This document shows positions 12,501 to 24,400 of a stretch of 64,000 nucleotides of DNA, in pieces. Position 1 is the first letter of the stretch, and each line of letters begins with the position of its first letter. Position numbers and translations under genes: made by a program. Source of the DNA: Raillietiella orientalis. Lineage: Eukaryota. The stretch is from positions 2,728,001 through 2,792,000 of the forward strand of contig JAYWIR010000008.1 in assembly GCA_036172245.1 (NCBI GenBank), in the 5' to 3' direction. The notes below the pieces were generated by a model. That model was given only the letters and a program-made list of their open reading frames with translations, did not search any database and was not told where the DNA came from.

Positions 12501-14930
12501 AAGATGAACTGATGGAGAACAAATGCAGATCCCTTGGGAATAAGGCAGAAATGCGATTTGCATAACGAACAAAGGAGGAGATAGCACTAAGCAACGATGT
12601 TAAAAAACATTGGAAATATAACAAAGTGATTAAACAAGCTGCACACAAAGGAAGAAACTAACAAATAGATAACGAGAACTATGGCATCTGAGGAAAAAGA
12701 ACCTGAGATTTGTGAGAAGCCAAACGATGGTTTTCCTGGATGGTCTCGTAAATAACAAATTGCAGAAGAATTATAGAATGAGATTAGAAACTAAAACCCA
12801 GCACCGTGACAGGCCGTTACGACTTCTTTGCTTTACAAATGCACAGTCCTGCCTGCAAACGATGGCAACTCAGCAGTACTCAGGTCCACATTTTCTTACT
12901 TACTGCATTCCATGTAGTAAATTTAACCCCTTGAGTGCCGTGGACGCATATGTGGGTTCGGCGAAGATTATCGGTGTGGATTGTGGACACACTATAAATG
13001 CGTTTGGCAAGTGTTTCTACTTTATCCTTGAGACATAAGTTAAACACTGTCCATGTTTGAGATGGAGCACACACTTAGGTTATTATAATTCCCTTAGCAA
13101 CGGCAGTAAACAAAAATCTATTTAATCGGCCAATGATTCTCGTTTTTCCAGAGTCACTTCTCCGAAAAACCGAGAATGGCACAATATTACAAGATATGGT
13201 ATATAACCACATTCATATATAAACTATAATTGTAACTTTTAAATAAATAATGTATTTCTGGTAAAAATGAACCATTTTGTTTCATGTGGTGTAAATGAAC
13301 AATTACAATGGTAACTTTATAAAGAGCACTTTATAAAGTCAGTCGGCACCCCTGACAGAGTAAGCGACACGCGAAAAAGCGTTCCGTCCACAGAGGTCGT
13401 CCCTGCGACTCGCGTGCCGTCAACGGAGAACGTTCAAATCTGATGAGCTCCGCTCCCAAAGGGTTGAAAGCAAACAGAACGCATAGGGAGAAGGAAACAA
13501 AGTTTCCCTGAAAACTACATATCGGTGATTTGAGATACACTATGAAATTTATTATTTTTGTTGCATTAAAAACCTCCCAGGATAACACCAAAAATTATTT
13601 ATTTCTTGACACGGTTTTTGCAGACATACTTGGAACAAGGTAATCCTCACAATACGGTCTATTGATCCCTTACATTTCTGCCTCAGAATCTTACTGTCTG
13701 AACTCACCACCACCAATTTGTCCACAAAATCTTTAAAATCTAATAGATCGCGAACCAACTCGTACTTACCCGCCCTGCAAAATTGATAACCACCAAAGTC
13801 CTAACATGAAATCACAAAACCTAACACGAAATATGATTTTGTGTTTGCACTATGGAGTCGTAACCCTGGGGCTATCTACACTTTCCAAGCACCAACCTAG
13901 TCAACAAAAACATAAGGAATTATGGATGAAAAGTTTCTATGAAGGAAAACCATCCATGAACATCTTAAATGTTTTAATTTAATGAATTTTCGAGTTTTGG
14001 ATTACATTATGAATGGATGAGCAATCTGCAAATTTTCGAATATTTGGGTATACTTTGCTCTTTCTTTGAAACTGATCTCTAACACTTAAATCTTAAATGC
14101 TCAATTCATTTCCATCGTCACATCGTTTATGACTAAGTTTTCCGTTTCCGTGTAGCTTTGTGCATGGGGGACAGCAGTTGACATTTCTTGTCTTTATTGC
14201 TACGGGCATATTAAATGGAAGTTTGAGGTAGATTCGTGGCAAAACGTCATATACTTAAGGATGTAGAAAATGAAGAGAATATCTGTTCAGCTTATTAGAG
14301 TTTGTTGAAAAATCGGTAGGCAAAAACTGCAATGACGTCATATTTAAAACATCCGATATTATCTGTAAGAATATAATTTTTCAAACATTACTATTTAGTT
14401 TCTTAGAGATCATGTTGCTGACATCCTGAATGGTCTTTGCATTTTGAATGCCAAGACACGTGTTATGCTGGTGACAGAAAGGGCCCCATGAGTAAGAAAA
14501 TGTTCAATGATATGCATGCAGCCAACAGCTCTGATACTCTGATCCATTTCTTCCTATAATCCATCTCTTACAATCTGTCTCTGATCCTTAACTGATCGTT
14601 TCATTAAATGTCTTAATTCAAACAATGTATCAACATGATGCACACATAAGGTTTCTGCAAAGTGTGCTTCCATGTTTTCAAAGCATTTGATTTACTAAAA
14701 ACGATAATAAAAGCAATTAATCAGATGCTCATGATTACTGCTACAGAGTTTGAGAATAAATTTAAACATGCTTCCAATATGCATGTACTTGAACTACAAA
14801 ACGTGACCTTCAGGATGTAGGGACTATCATTAAATACTATCTGTTCAACCCAGTCCAGTACTTACTTGCTTTCTCTTAATCTATACTTTGTTTTTAATCT
14901 TTCCTTTATGAAAAACAGAATTTGACTTAC

Positions 14931-15725
14931 TAATAGTGATAATAAAGCTGACCAATCTTTGAAGCAATTTCCCCAATTTGCCATCTTTTCAGGCCATATT
15001 TTAAATCAAGGATTGACCTAAAATAACAAAAAGGAAACAAACACGTTAAAGTTTCATGGGTATTTACAGTTCTTTGGCAAATTTACTCTTCAGCTCAGTT
15101 TGATGAAGAGGCTGCTTACAAAAAACAGCAGATACATTAGAAAAAACAAAGTACAGTTAATAATTATAGTACCAATATGGGAAAAAAAATCAACACAAAA
15201 ATTCAGATTAAAAAAGGAATTTTATTGATGCATTCCAGAATCATAATACCTGTGTTGCTGCTGAAATTTCCATAATTTGGTGTACACATCAAATGCTTTT
15301 GCAAAATAATTTTGCCACTGCTTCTGCCCATATGGTGGGAGGTCTCTTGAAATGACATCACATAAATACCAGATGACCACAACTGATATAATTCTAACAC
15401 GAATATGCAAACACATCCACACGTACACTACTGAACTGCACACATTCACGTATGCATGCACGTTTCTATACATAGATGTGGGAGTGCAAATGTTTTACAT
15501 ATGCTCATCTTTAAAGAATTCTAAAATTCATTACGAGTTTGGGTAAAACACTCAAGTCACACTTGACTATACGATGAACATAACAAAGGTACACAAACCG
15601 AAGGCTACACCAAAGAAAACAAACACAATACCCGATGCTTCATACCTTAAACCATTGAAAAGTTGCTTCGACTTTTCCAATAATCGACAAAACTCATTCA
15701 CTACTTTCCTTTCCTGTTCATCCAT
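14931..15725 (-). CDS. SCAI: Protein SCAI (suppressor of cancer cell invasion) homolog, 5' coding exons only
   Basis: Exons 15725-15646, 15345-15250 and 15017-14931 with GT-AG introns in consistent phase 2 translate to MDEQERKVVNEFCRLLEKSKQLFNGLRDLPPYGQKQWQNYFAKAFDVYTKLWKFQQQHRSILDLKYGLKRWQIGEIASKIGQLYYHY, closely matching the conserved SCAI N-terminus as I recall it. Confidence 0.93.
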
Positions 15726-17527
15726 ATTAACAATTTTTTCCTTAACAAGCTCCAAAATCGTGGCTGCATTATTTGAACGTCTTGCTGGGAATACGGGACG
15801 AGAAATTCATTCCAACTGCTACCTCTCTTACACTACCGCAAGTAACCTTCTGCAGTGTTTACTCCCGCAGGAATCTCACATTTTCAGCAGGAATTGTGAA
15901 ACATTGGGAAGTGAAACGCGTTTGGAAGTACAAAATATTCTTTGACTGTTTATGAAGGAAAAAAAAACGGAAATCACAAATCGCGATTGCGTTTGTTTTT
16001 TGTTTATATCATTCGAAATATAAATTTCATGTGCTAAACTTCTAAGTCAAAAATAAACAGGGATTCAATGGATAGAAATATTGCGCATTGTAAAGTGTAT
16101 TGTAATTTTCAGCATCGATGAAAAGCACAATATGAAGCTCTCCAGCAGATGCAATGAAGGTATGTATTCATTCATGAGCCTAAATGCAACGAATAATCAG
16201 TAGGCTTAATACAACCGAAAGTCTGCCGCATTATCAAATGAATTGAGTCATAACCAGAAAAAGGAAAAAGAAACAGCATTTTTTAATGCATTAGCATTCA
16301 TCACCAAAGCTTGCCAAAATGGGGCGTGCATGTGTCTAGTGGCACAGAGTTTTCAGATCTATGAAAACAGATTCACTCGTATTTCTTCAGAAATAACGAG
16401 CTGGATCACTGAGAGAAAAAAAGTTCCTTTGCTTCCGAATCTTAATTCAAACCATGATTAGTGCAATTATCACACAGATATTTTTGTGTCCTCGAATCTT
16501 CCCCTTAGGGTTTCAGCATACTTTCCACATGATTTTAAATTTGTCGTTGTACATTGACGAGGAAAAAAAAAAAATCCGCTGATAATTCATATTGAGGTGT
16601 TTGGAAACCTCCTGTGTGATGGCCCGATAGCCATATGGCAACGGACCGACGTTCAGAAAGATTTCTCTTTCATTTCCTGATTTATGACGCTTCCTGGTAC
16701 TTTTCGCGCTTCGCCGTCACATCCGATGACAACGTTCTAATAACGACCCTTCCTCCAGTAAATGAATTATGCTTCCAAAATAGATGCAGGTTTTGTGAAT
16801 ACGAACAATGAGTAGCGTTTTGCCTCTTGGAGGAATGCTTTCCAGATGGCTGATTCATCCACAGAGTACAACTTTCTCCTGTTTGTATTTATGAGAAATG
16901 AAAGAAATGCAGTCGGATTCGATGCATCATTTGGGACCCATGTATTGATCAAGATACCGATTGGGATACCTTGCTTGCATACTCGTATCGCAGTGTCATA
17001 GGGAAAAAAGATTCACGCATTCGTGTGTCACTGCTTTGGTTTCACGTTTCCAAGAGGAATAATTTCAGTGATATCTTTTGTTGTACCAAATCTTCTGAAG
17101 CTGCTGTTGCTGCTTTCTCCATTCACTTGAATACGTATCCCGTGTTCAAACTTGGGCCTACTTCGTTTTCGTCATCGGTCGAATAGAATTGCGAAGCACC
17201 GAGTGCATCTGATTGCAAACCAAAAAGAAATGGATGCTTTTCTGATGGATCATTAAAACAATCTTCTGGAATGCTGACAGATGCCAAAATGACGAAAACA
17301 TTGCCGAAATGGAGCCTGCAGGACATCCCCGAGGAGTGAAACCCATTGCGACGTCCCTCGTATCACAGATTTGATGACATGTAAGAAAGAGTGGAAGATG
17401 GGGGAAAGCCCCCCCTTCCCCTCCCCATTTGTTTGTATCCTTGTAGCTGTTCACTTTAGAAATGCATAGACAAACAAATCAGTAAATGGATGGGAGCGCT
17501 ACAAAGATCCAAAGAGGAACATTTGCG

Positions 17528-18311
17528 GCCCGCGCTGGCCGCCGGCCGTGTAGCTGTGGTCTCCGCGCGTGCCACTAAGCGTTGTGGGTTCGCATCCCGC
17601 CAGGAGAAGGAAGGATCGACGCTGAGAAATGGGGGATGCGTCGTGGGTTTCGAGTCCCCCACCCCGCAGGATGACGCTGGTTGGCTTGTTCGGGTGCGGG
17701 CACTGGTGGAAGCCCCGTTGACTGGCCGGGATTCGAAGCCGGTCATCCAGGGTGCCTTCCAGGAGGAGCCGGTTCCCTTCGGGGTTCCCCTCCGGTTGTG
17801 CAAGTGCAGCCGTCCTCTTCCCCTCGAAGGGGGCCCTCCATCGTGTATCATAGAGTTGGTAGATCTATGCCTCTCCAGAGTGTAAGAGCGCTGTTCTATT
17901 CCAGGAACGACCCTTCAGAGAAAATCGGGGAGCGCCTCTTCAAGGTTCTCTTCAGGGAAGGAGGGAACAAGTAGCGATACTCCTGAGGAGGGGGGTCCCT
18001 CCGAAGAAATTTCAGGAGAGGATTTTTTCCGGGTTTTCTTCAGAGAAGAAATAGGGAGTTCCTACCCCCTCCGGGGAGACCTTCCGGAGAGGATGAGGAA
18101 GAGGTGGTTCCTTTCGGAGTTCTCTCTCAAGCGTGAAAGGAACGGACGCCTTCGTCCGGAGCCTCCTGGATTCATAGAGTGGTATACCTACGGGGTTACC
18201 CCTCAAGTTGAAGACTTACACACACCCCCGGGTGGCGTGGGCAGTGTTAAAAAGAGCTTTGAGATATACCCCTTAGGAAGGTTCTCGAGTGCTTGGCGGG
18301 CCCCCAAAAAA
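17528..18311 (+). mobile_element. tRNA-derived SINE-like structured element, copy C
   Basis: Head GCCCGCGCTGGCC...GGGTTCGCATCCCGCC; internal blocks shared with copies A and B; 3' motif GGTTCTCGAGTGCTTGGCG followed by an A-run. Confidence 0.78.
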
Positions 18312-18717
18312 GGGAAAAGCACGAAGAAAAAAAAGCTGGAAGGAAAGCAGCGAGAACAGAATTTAAAAGGATTTCCACCATCCTTGGCCAATAGCAACGA
18401 TCTCCCCGTGAGGTTGCTACGGGCTTTTTTAAAAAAAAAATGAGAATAAAAAAGACAAAAACAAAAAGTAGGATCTCCCCCCCCCAAAAAAAAAAAAAAA
18501 AAAACACTGCATCACTGCCTCGTAACAGGCAACGAGGTCAGCTCAGGCACTCGGAACTGACCGGGTTGTGTTTCGCTCGGTCGCATGCCTGTTAAGAGAC
18601 GGCAAGTCGAAATGAAACGTTTCCTGAACGAATCATTTATTAATATACATCCACTGCATACTTACAATAATAATTACTTCAGTTCTCAAGGGCACAAAGG
18701 GGTCTTTTCCGTGCCCT

Positions 18718-20530
18718 TCAGAGCTGACACATGCCATCGTTTTGGTAACACCAGTACGGTGCTATGGAGCTGGCAGCGATGCCTCTGCTTGTCATGCGAT
18801 CTCTGTGGCTGTGCATTCTGGTTACGGCGCTGTCCCACTTGGTGGAGGGGTTGGACCACAACCTCTCGGCTGCCGCTGAAGCACGCGGCCACATTTTCGC
18901 GTGTATCGAAGGACCGTCTGCCTGCTCCCCGAACATGACCACCTCTCCGCCAAGAACCAAAGGCAGTTGCCTCGGTCCGCGTACGATGCTGTCGAGTCTT
19001 TGCAAGGTTATGTTCAGGGCCTCTACTATCTCTTCGGGATTGTTGTCGTATATCTTCATCCAGGGAACATACGGAGAGCACCAGTTCAGACCGGACCCGG
19101 TCCACTGCTCGAAACCGCAGTCCAGGTACCACGCATCGTGATTGCTGAAAATGATGCGGTATCCCTGCTTCAGCAGATTTTCGATGGTGGGGTCGTTAGC
19201 TGTCGTCCACACTTGGACGATGAAGTTATCCTTGTTGAAGAAATTCTTGACGGACTCTCCTTCGGTCAGCCGGCTCGACCAGACAATATTGGTTATGTCT
19301 TTGCCGTTCTTAGCTTTGGTGAACCGATCGTTCGACTTGATCAGGAACTCCCCCCACATGTTGAGGAAGGTCTCCTCGTTCCTTTCGATTCCTGCTTCTT
19401 CTAGGTGCTGTATGATCTGCTCCGTTTTGTTCCAGCAGTTGATGTTTACCTCGTCGCCTCCAAAGTGGAAGAGGTCGCTTTCGAAGACGTCCAGCATATC
19501 CCGGTAGATTTCCTCCAGGAAGACGAAAACGTTTTCATTGACGGGGTTCAGCTGCCCGCAAGGAGGTTGGAAGCAGTACTCTTTCCATTCCCTCTCGTTG
19601 ACGCAGACGGCCAGCTGACCTTTCCCCTGTTTCTCCCCCCACTGCCACCCGTTTCCGGAATGCGAGGGGACATCGAACTCGGGCACCACGCGCACCCCGC
19701 GGTACTTGGCGTAGCTGATGACTTCGCGGATGTCTTGCTCGTAGTAGACGTGCCTGGGGGAATACGCCCCGTAGGTCGTCATTTGCGGGACGCGCTTGCT
19801 GTAGAACGGGAAGCTATTGGAGTCGGTGATGTGCCAGTGCAGGGTGTTCAGCTTGTTGTACCCCATGCCATCCAGGATCTGCATCAGGGTCTCCACCGGA
19901 AGGAAGTTCCTGCTGGTGTCCACCATTACTCCGCGGTATGGATAATGCGGCTTATCGGTGATGGACGCCTGAGAGAGGATCTGGAGGCTGTCGTGCAGCT
20001 CGTCGTAAGAAATCAACTGGCTGAGGGTTTCCAGCCCGTGGCGGGCTCCGAAGAACGTGTTGGCCAAGATGACCACCGACACGTCTTCGTTTACGGTTTG
20101 CAGCCCGAGCGTGTAGTTCTCGTCGGTAGTCGAGGTCATCCTCTTTTCAGCGGACACCACCACCAGCTCGATTCGCACCTTGGTGGACAGGAGCAGGGAG
20201 TTGTGATTTTTGGCGAAGACCTGGTCGCCGCGCTTGCGGTATTCTGGGTGGGCTGACTTGATGGTCTCGTTGAAGATGCGGGTGGCTTCCTGGAGCATCG
20301 CCACCACCTCGTTCGACGGACCGGTCGCCTTGGTGATGATAATGTTCTGAGGGAGGACGGGGAAGACCGTTTTTCCGAGCTCCACTTTCCCTGTGGGATG
20401 GGGCCACAGGGAAGCGAAAGCGCCGCAGGTCAGTTTGCAGGACTGGAGGGTTTGCGTTTCCGTCACATTGGTCCTGTCTTGTTTGACGCACCGGTTGTCG
20501 ATGCACGCCCAGCTCCAGGGCGTTGGCGTG
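18718..20530 (-). CDS. GH20 beta-N-acetylhexosaminidase (chitooligosaccharidolytic beta-N-acetylglucosaminidase-like), large catalytic exon
   Basis: ORF carries GH20 motifs RGVMVDTSRNF, LHWHITDSNSFP, PEFDVPSH, catalytic HFGGDEV, WYLDCG and WPRASAAAERLW. The frame extends 5' of the track's start through TPTPWSWACIDNRCVKQ to a branch point (GCTAAC) and acceptor TTTCTCCGACAG|20530. Stop TGA at 18718-18720; AATAAA on the minus strand at 18636-18641. Confidence 0.95.
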
Positions 20531-21879
20531 CTGTCGGAGAAACGAACACAGTTAGCAGGCGTCTTCCTCCTCCTAAAGCTACCGGGGACGCGCGGTGACC
20601 GAACCGAAACGGTGACGGTGGCGACCTGTGCGTCCCCTTAACCTCCCGGAACAGTGGCTGCTTTTTTGCAACGTTCGGGAGAGACGAGAAGGAGGGGGAG
20701 AGTTGCTACGAATAGACTACAGCGAAGGACGGCAGCGAGTCTGAGGCCGTTCCTTCGTCGTTGTAGGCTTTTCCCGTTCCGCAAAGCGGGACCTTCAGAG
20801 AGACGGTCGGGAAATGGACGCTGCCGCACGGATCCGCGCTAGAAGTCTGCCACCAGGACGCCGGGATTCGGAGGGAAGAACGCGGTCTCTGGAACCCGCC
20901 TCGTGAGCCCTTCGCAGGCCGACATCAAACTGTCTCTCCCGTCCCCTCTTGCAGGAGATCGGTTGCCGCACGGAGGAACCGCGCTCTCGATTCCTCTTCT
21001 GCGTTTCGCCGGCGGACCTGAGTCATTTCCGGCTGGAACGCGTTCGAAATGTACTGTGTTCCTCAAGACTTGCAGACGAGAGCGAATCCGATCGCTGCGC
21101 CGGGAGGGCACCCTACAGAGCCGCCGCCTCGCGGGCACCTGACCGTATCTACTAGCGCCGGAATCCCCTGAGAGCCATCCACCAGGGGAACTCATTCAAA
21201 CGTGCGAACGTTGGCGTGTGCACCCCGAGAACCCCCCTCTAACGAACTGCTGCTTCGTCAGAACGAGATTCCTGTGTCTACAGTCGCCGTGGTCCCGCTC
21301 TTCTCGAGCAAAGCCACGCGGGTCGTTTCGCGTCCCCGCTCGCGGAAGCCTGTCCTCCATCGGGCACGTTTGTCCCAGGTACAGGACCTTCGCTTATCTA
21401 CAGGAACCGCTTCCGAGTGTTCTTTATGTCTGCGAAAGGCTTAAAATTTAAAAAAAGGAAAAAGATTAGAATTGGCTCCCCACGTTTGAAGGCGTGAAGA
21501 CATCATGTTGGATGAAGATGAACGAAAAATAGCGCCTGCTCAGATCTCAGAAGGCAAACCGAGAAACCAAAGTCTCCCTCACGAGACAGATCCCGCGTGT
21601 GTGCAACGCGCGTGATGTGAGTGCAAAAAAAAAAAAAAAACACTGGATGCCGACTTTTTTCCCAAGCGCGTAAGCGGTTAGGAGAGAAAGAGTGCACGAT
21701 GCAGGGATTCAGGGACGCCGCATGGTAACAGCGACACTCGTGAAGGGCACGAGAGGGTGGATTGCAACTTTTCGTGCTTAGCTCCGATGCAGGATATCGG
21801 GGTATGGTTGTTTTTTTTTTTTTTTGCCCAGGATCCACAAACCTGTCGCACTAGAGGGAAGTCTCTGGCCAGTTCGCAC

Positions 21880-22725
21880 GAAGAGGAATAAAGGAAAGGG
21901 ACGGAGGTTGCAGGATTACAGATTCATCCACGCAGCTCGTTCAAACACGAGCTGCGTGGATGAATCTGTAATCCGGCAAACGTTCCACCAATCAGGGCCG
22001 GGTCCAGGATTGAAGCAGAGGATCACACATGTCGGCGCTGCCTGACGAAAGACGAAACGTTATCTCCTATCTTAAACCAATGCAAGAGGCACTTTCATCT
22101 GTTCCCTGAGCGACACAACGCGATCCAGGAAATAATCAGGATGGCCGCGGTGGATGAAGCAGAGTGGACATCAACGAACCAGAGAGCTCCAGGAACGGAC
22201 TCCACCTTGCGACCACAACTAATACTGAAGAAAGCAAATCGAACCAAGTGCTGGACATCTGCAGCCCGTTCTACGGTAGAAATGAGGCGTTCAGCACAGC
22301 TAGGAGGAACAAGCTGGAAAAATATAAGAAAGTAGCTTTCCAGCTAAGCAAGGAAAGGAAGCGATGCAGGGTGCATGCTCTCATCTTTGGCTCACCAGGG
22401 GCCTGGGGCCCAGATAATAAGGAAGTGCTGCATAGTCTTGGAGTTCCTAAAAAGCCCTCGGAGAGGATGAGACACCGAATGGCGGCTTCGTGCATCCGGC
22501 ACTCCAGGGACATCTACGCAGCCCACATCACGGGAGGAATAACACGAAACTCAGATACAGCCGGAAAGACCCAGCCGTCAGCTCTCGCGAGACGGAGGAC
22601 AAGAAGCTGAGGGAGAAACAGAATGAAGGGCAACGAACGCCCCGGATGAACAGATGAGGAATCGGAAGAATGTGAGGAGCCCCTTCTGCAACGCAATGTT
22701 AAATTGTAAATTTAAGCAATAAAAC
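21880..22725 (+). mobile_element. 5'-truncated NeSL/Utopia-like (R2-group, REL endonuclease) non-LTR retrotransposon fragment
   Basis: Across frameshifts: DYRFIHAARSN, CRRCLTKDETLSPILNQC...RHNAI (degenerate CCHC knuckle), LRPQL, VLDICSPF...ARRNKLEKY, FGSPGAW, SRDIYAAHITG. AATAAA at ~22718. Confidence 0.85.
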
Positions 22726-23511
22726 CCCTGTTGCATTCCTGGTTCGAGAAGAGACGGTCACCGAGGAGATCGGAACGGTGTTTGACGGTGGAGGGTGGAT
22801 AGCTCTGCAAAGGAGGAGGTCCAGGAGCTTCTCCTCCGAGGAATCAAAGATGAGGCTACCGAAGTCACCGCGGCCACAAGTCATGCGGAAGCTACGATTC
22901 TTGTGACGGAAGAAACATGGAAGCACTTTCTCGGAAAGAGTTAAAACGCGGATCCGGGAGCGCTCGCACGAGAGATTTGATTCTGGCAGTGGGATGAGGT
23001 TGAGGGTTTTCGTCAGTACTTTCACAAACTCGGGAAGCACCGGCGCAAACGTCCCGGGAGCCCGCGTTCCGATTCAAGAATTTGTTTTGCGCGACAAACG
23101 CCACTTCAGCAAGGAAGGAGCACGGAAAGAGCTGCGTCCCTCCCCAGCGAGAGCGCGACCTGATTGAAGAGGAAAAGGATGCCTCATCAGATCAAAAGCA
23201 GTGGCGCTGCGTCAACAAAGAGAGGTGGAACGCGATCGTAGTTGCTTTTTCTCGAATGGCCTCCGTGCACTGCTAGAAGGCACGCAGACACCGAAAGTGT
23301 TCCCGCGAAATCTCATGCCTACCTGATCCTACGTGTGCTCTTCACGGTGAAACGAAGTGTGCCGCTTCGTCGCCTCTCTCGCGTACAGGACAGGAAAGGA
23401 GACCGAGGAGCCATCGGTAAGGGGGAGGAGGAGAACGCCGAATTGGGAACTGAGGCAACGCAAAAAGACGAGTTCAGAGAGAGAGGAAAGCGAGAGAACC
23501 AAGGAGGGAAG

Positions 23512-23944
23512 AGGAACTGGAAATTCCAAAGGGTGGGAGATTCCACCCCTGGCCAGAGGGAAGCCAGTTAGCGAGTACGCTGACAACCCCAGCAGCGAAA
23601 CCGGGGTTTGAAGGCCGGCTGCGCGAAGGTGGTCGTCTCGAACCCGTGCCTCGGTACTCCGAACTCGTCCCGGCCTTCACGCAGGGGATATGGGTGTCTG
23701 GAGAAACGAGCTTCCTCAGGCACGACCTTTGACCGGATCGCCGAGCGACCCCCTTCCCTGGCTCCACTGAAAGGGAAGGAACCCTGCGAGTCATGAACCC
23801 TCGCGGTAACCACGGGGTTCTGCCGTTCGGCTCCCTGATTCGCACGAAGGGATTTTTCGTGCCGAGTCAGGAACCACCGCGAAGGGTTTTTGCCCACGAT
23901 TGGGGGATGCTCAGTGCTCCGACCGGCTGACTCCTGGTTTTTTT
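23512..23944 (+). ncRNA. Candidate highly structured ~390-nt RNA element with degenerate tRNA-like head and T7 run (probable distant member of the SINE-like family)
   Basis: The 5' segment 23553-23602 pairs with 23884-23937. Internal stems: GAAGGCCGG/CCGGCCTTC (23610/23670), CCTTCCCT/AGGGAAGG (23752/23772), CCTGATTCG-CACGAAG/TTTCGTG-CGAGTCAGG (23834-23871). TTTTTTT at 23938-23944. G-U wobbles favour the plus strand. Confidence 0.5.
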
Positions 23945-24400
23945 CAGCGACACCACCCGCCTATCATCCAAGGGCATGGGAAAATGCCAGAGTCTTCATT
24001 AGAAGGGGTTTGACCGAGCCCTTCGGACCGATCCTGGCACTACCGAAACGTGTGAAGCGTTTTCCCCCTCCTCTTCTTTTCTTCTCCTCGTCTTCCTCCT
24101 CCGGCTACGTTCACCATTCGCTTTGCGGGTCCTCGCATAATCCTGGACGTGCGCAAGCTGTAGCATCTTCGAATCGATCTTCATATCTTCCTTCTTCTGT
24201 GCTCGAAGCAAGGTTGCCTCTGCGTTCCCCTGGCAACAGCTGCAAGGCCCGAAACGGAATGGGTTAGATAGTGAACGACTTCTCAAGAGAGAGAGAGAGA
24301 GGAGGGGGAAGGGGGAGAAACACAATGATGATGCAGGACTTTCCCATGGGGGTTTGCGGACGGATACGCCAGCCGTCTTCCCAAAGAATCCTCCAGGTGA

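Noticed and set aside
13415..13480. CTGATGA...GAAA hammerhead-like core
   Set aside because: Stems II and III do not pair properly; the same bases also look like a piggyBac-type end, which I could not pair with a matching TIR.
16600..17330. Penelope-like RT relic (KQGIPIG...YSVDE) on the minus strand
   Set aside because: Motifs too degenerate to support without a profile search.
20638..20829. Nearby hydrophobic stretch (LAAVLRCSLFVATLPLLL) as the hexosaminidase signal exon
   Set aside because: No ATG, and its donor is phase 1 while the acceptor at 20530 needs phase 2.
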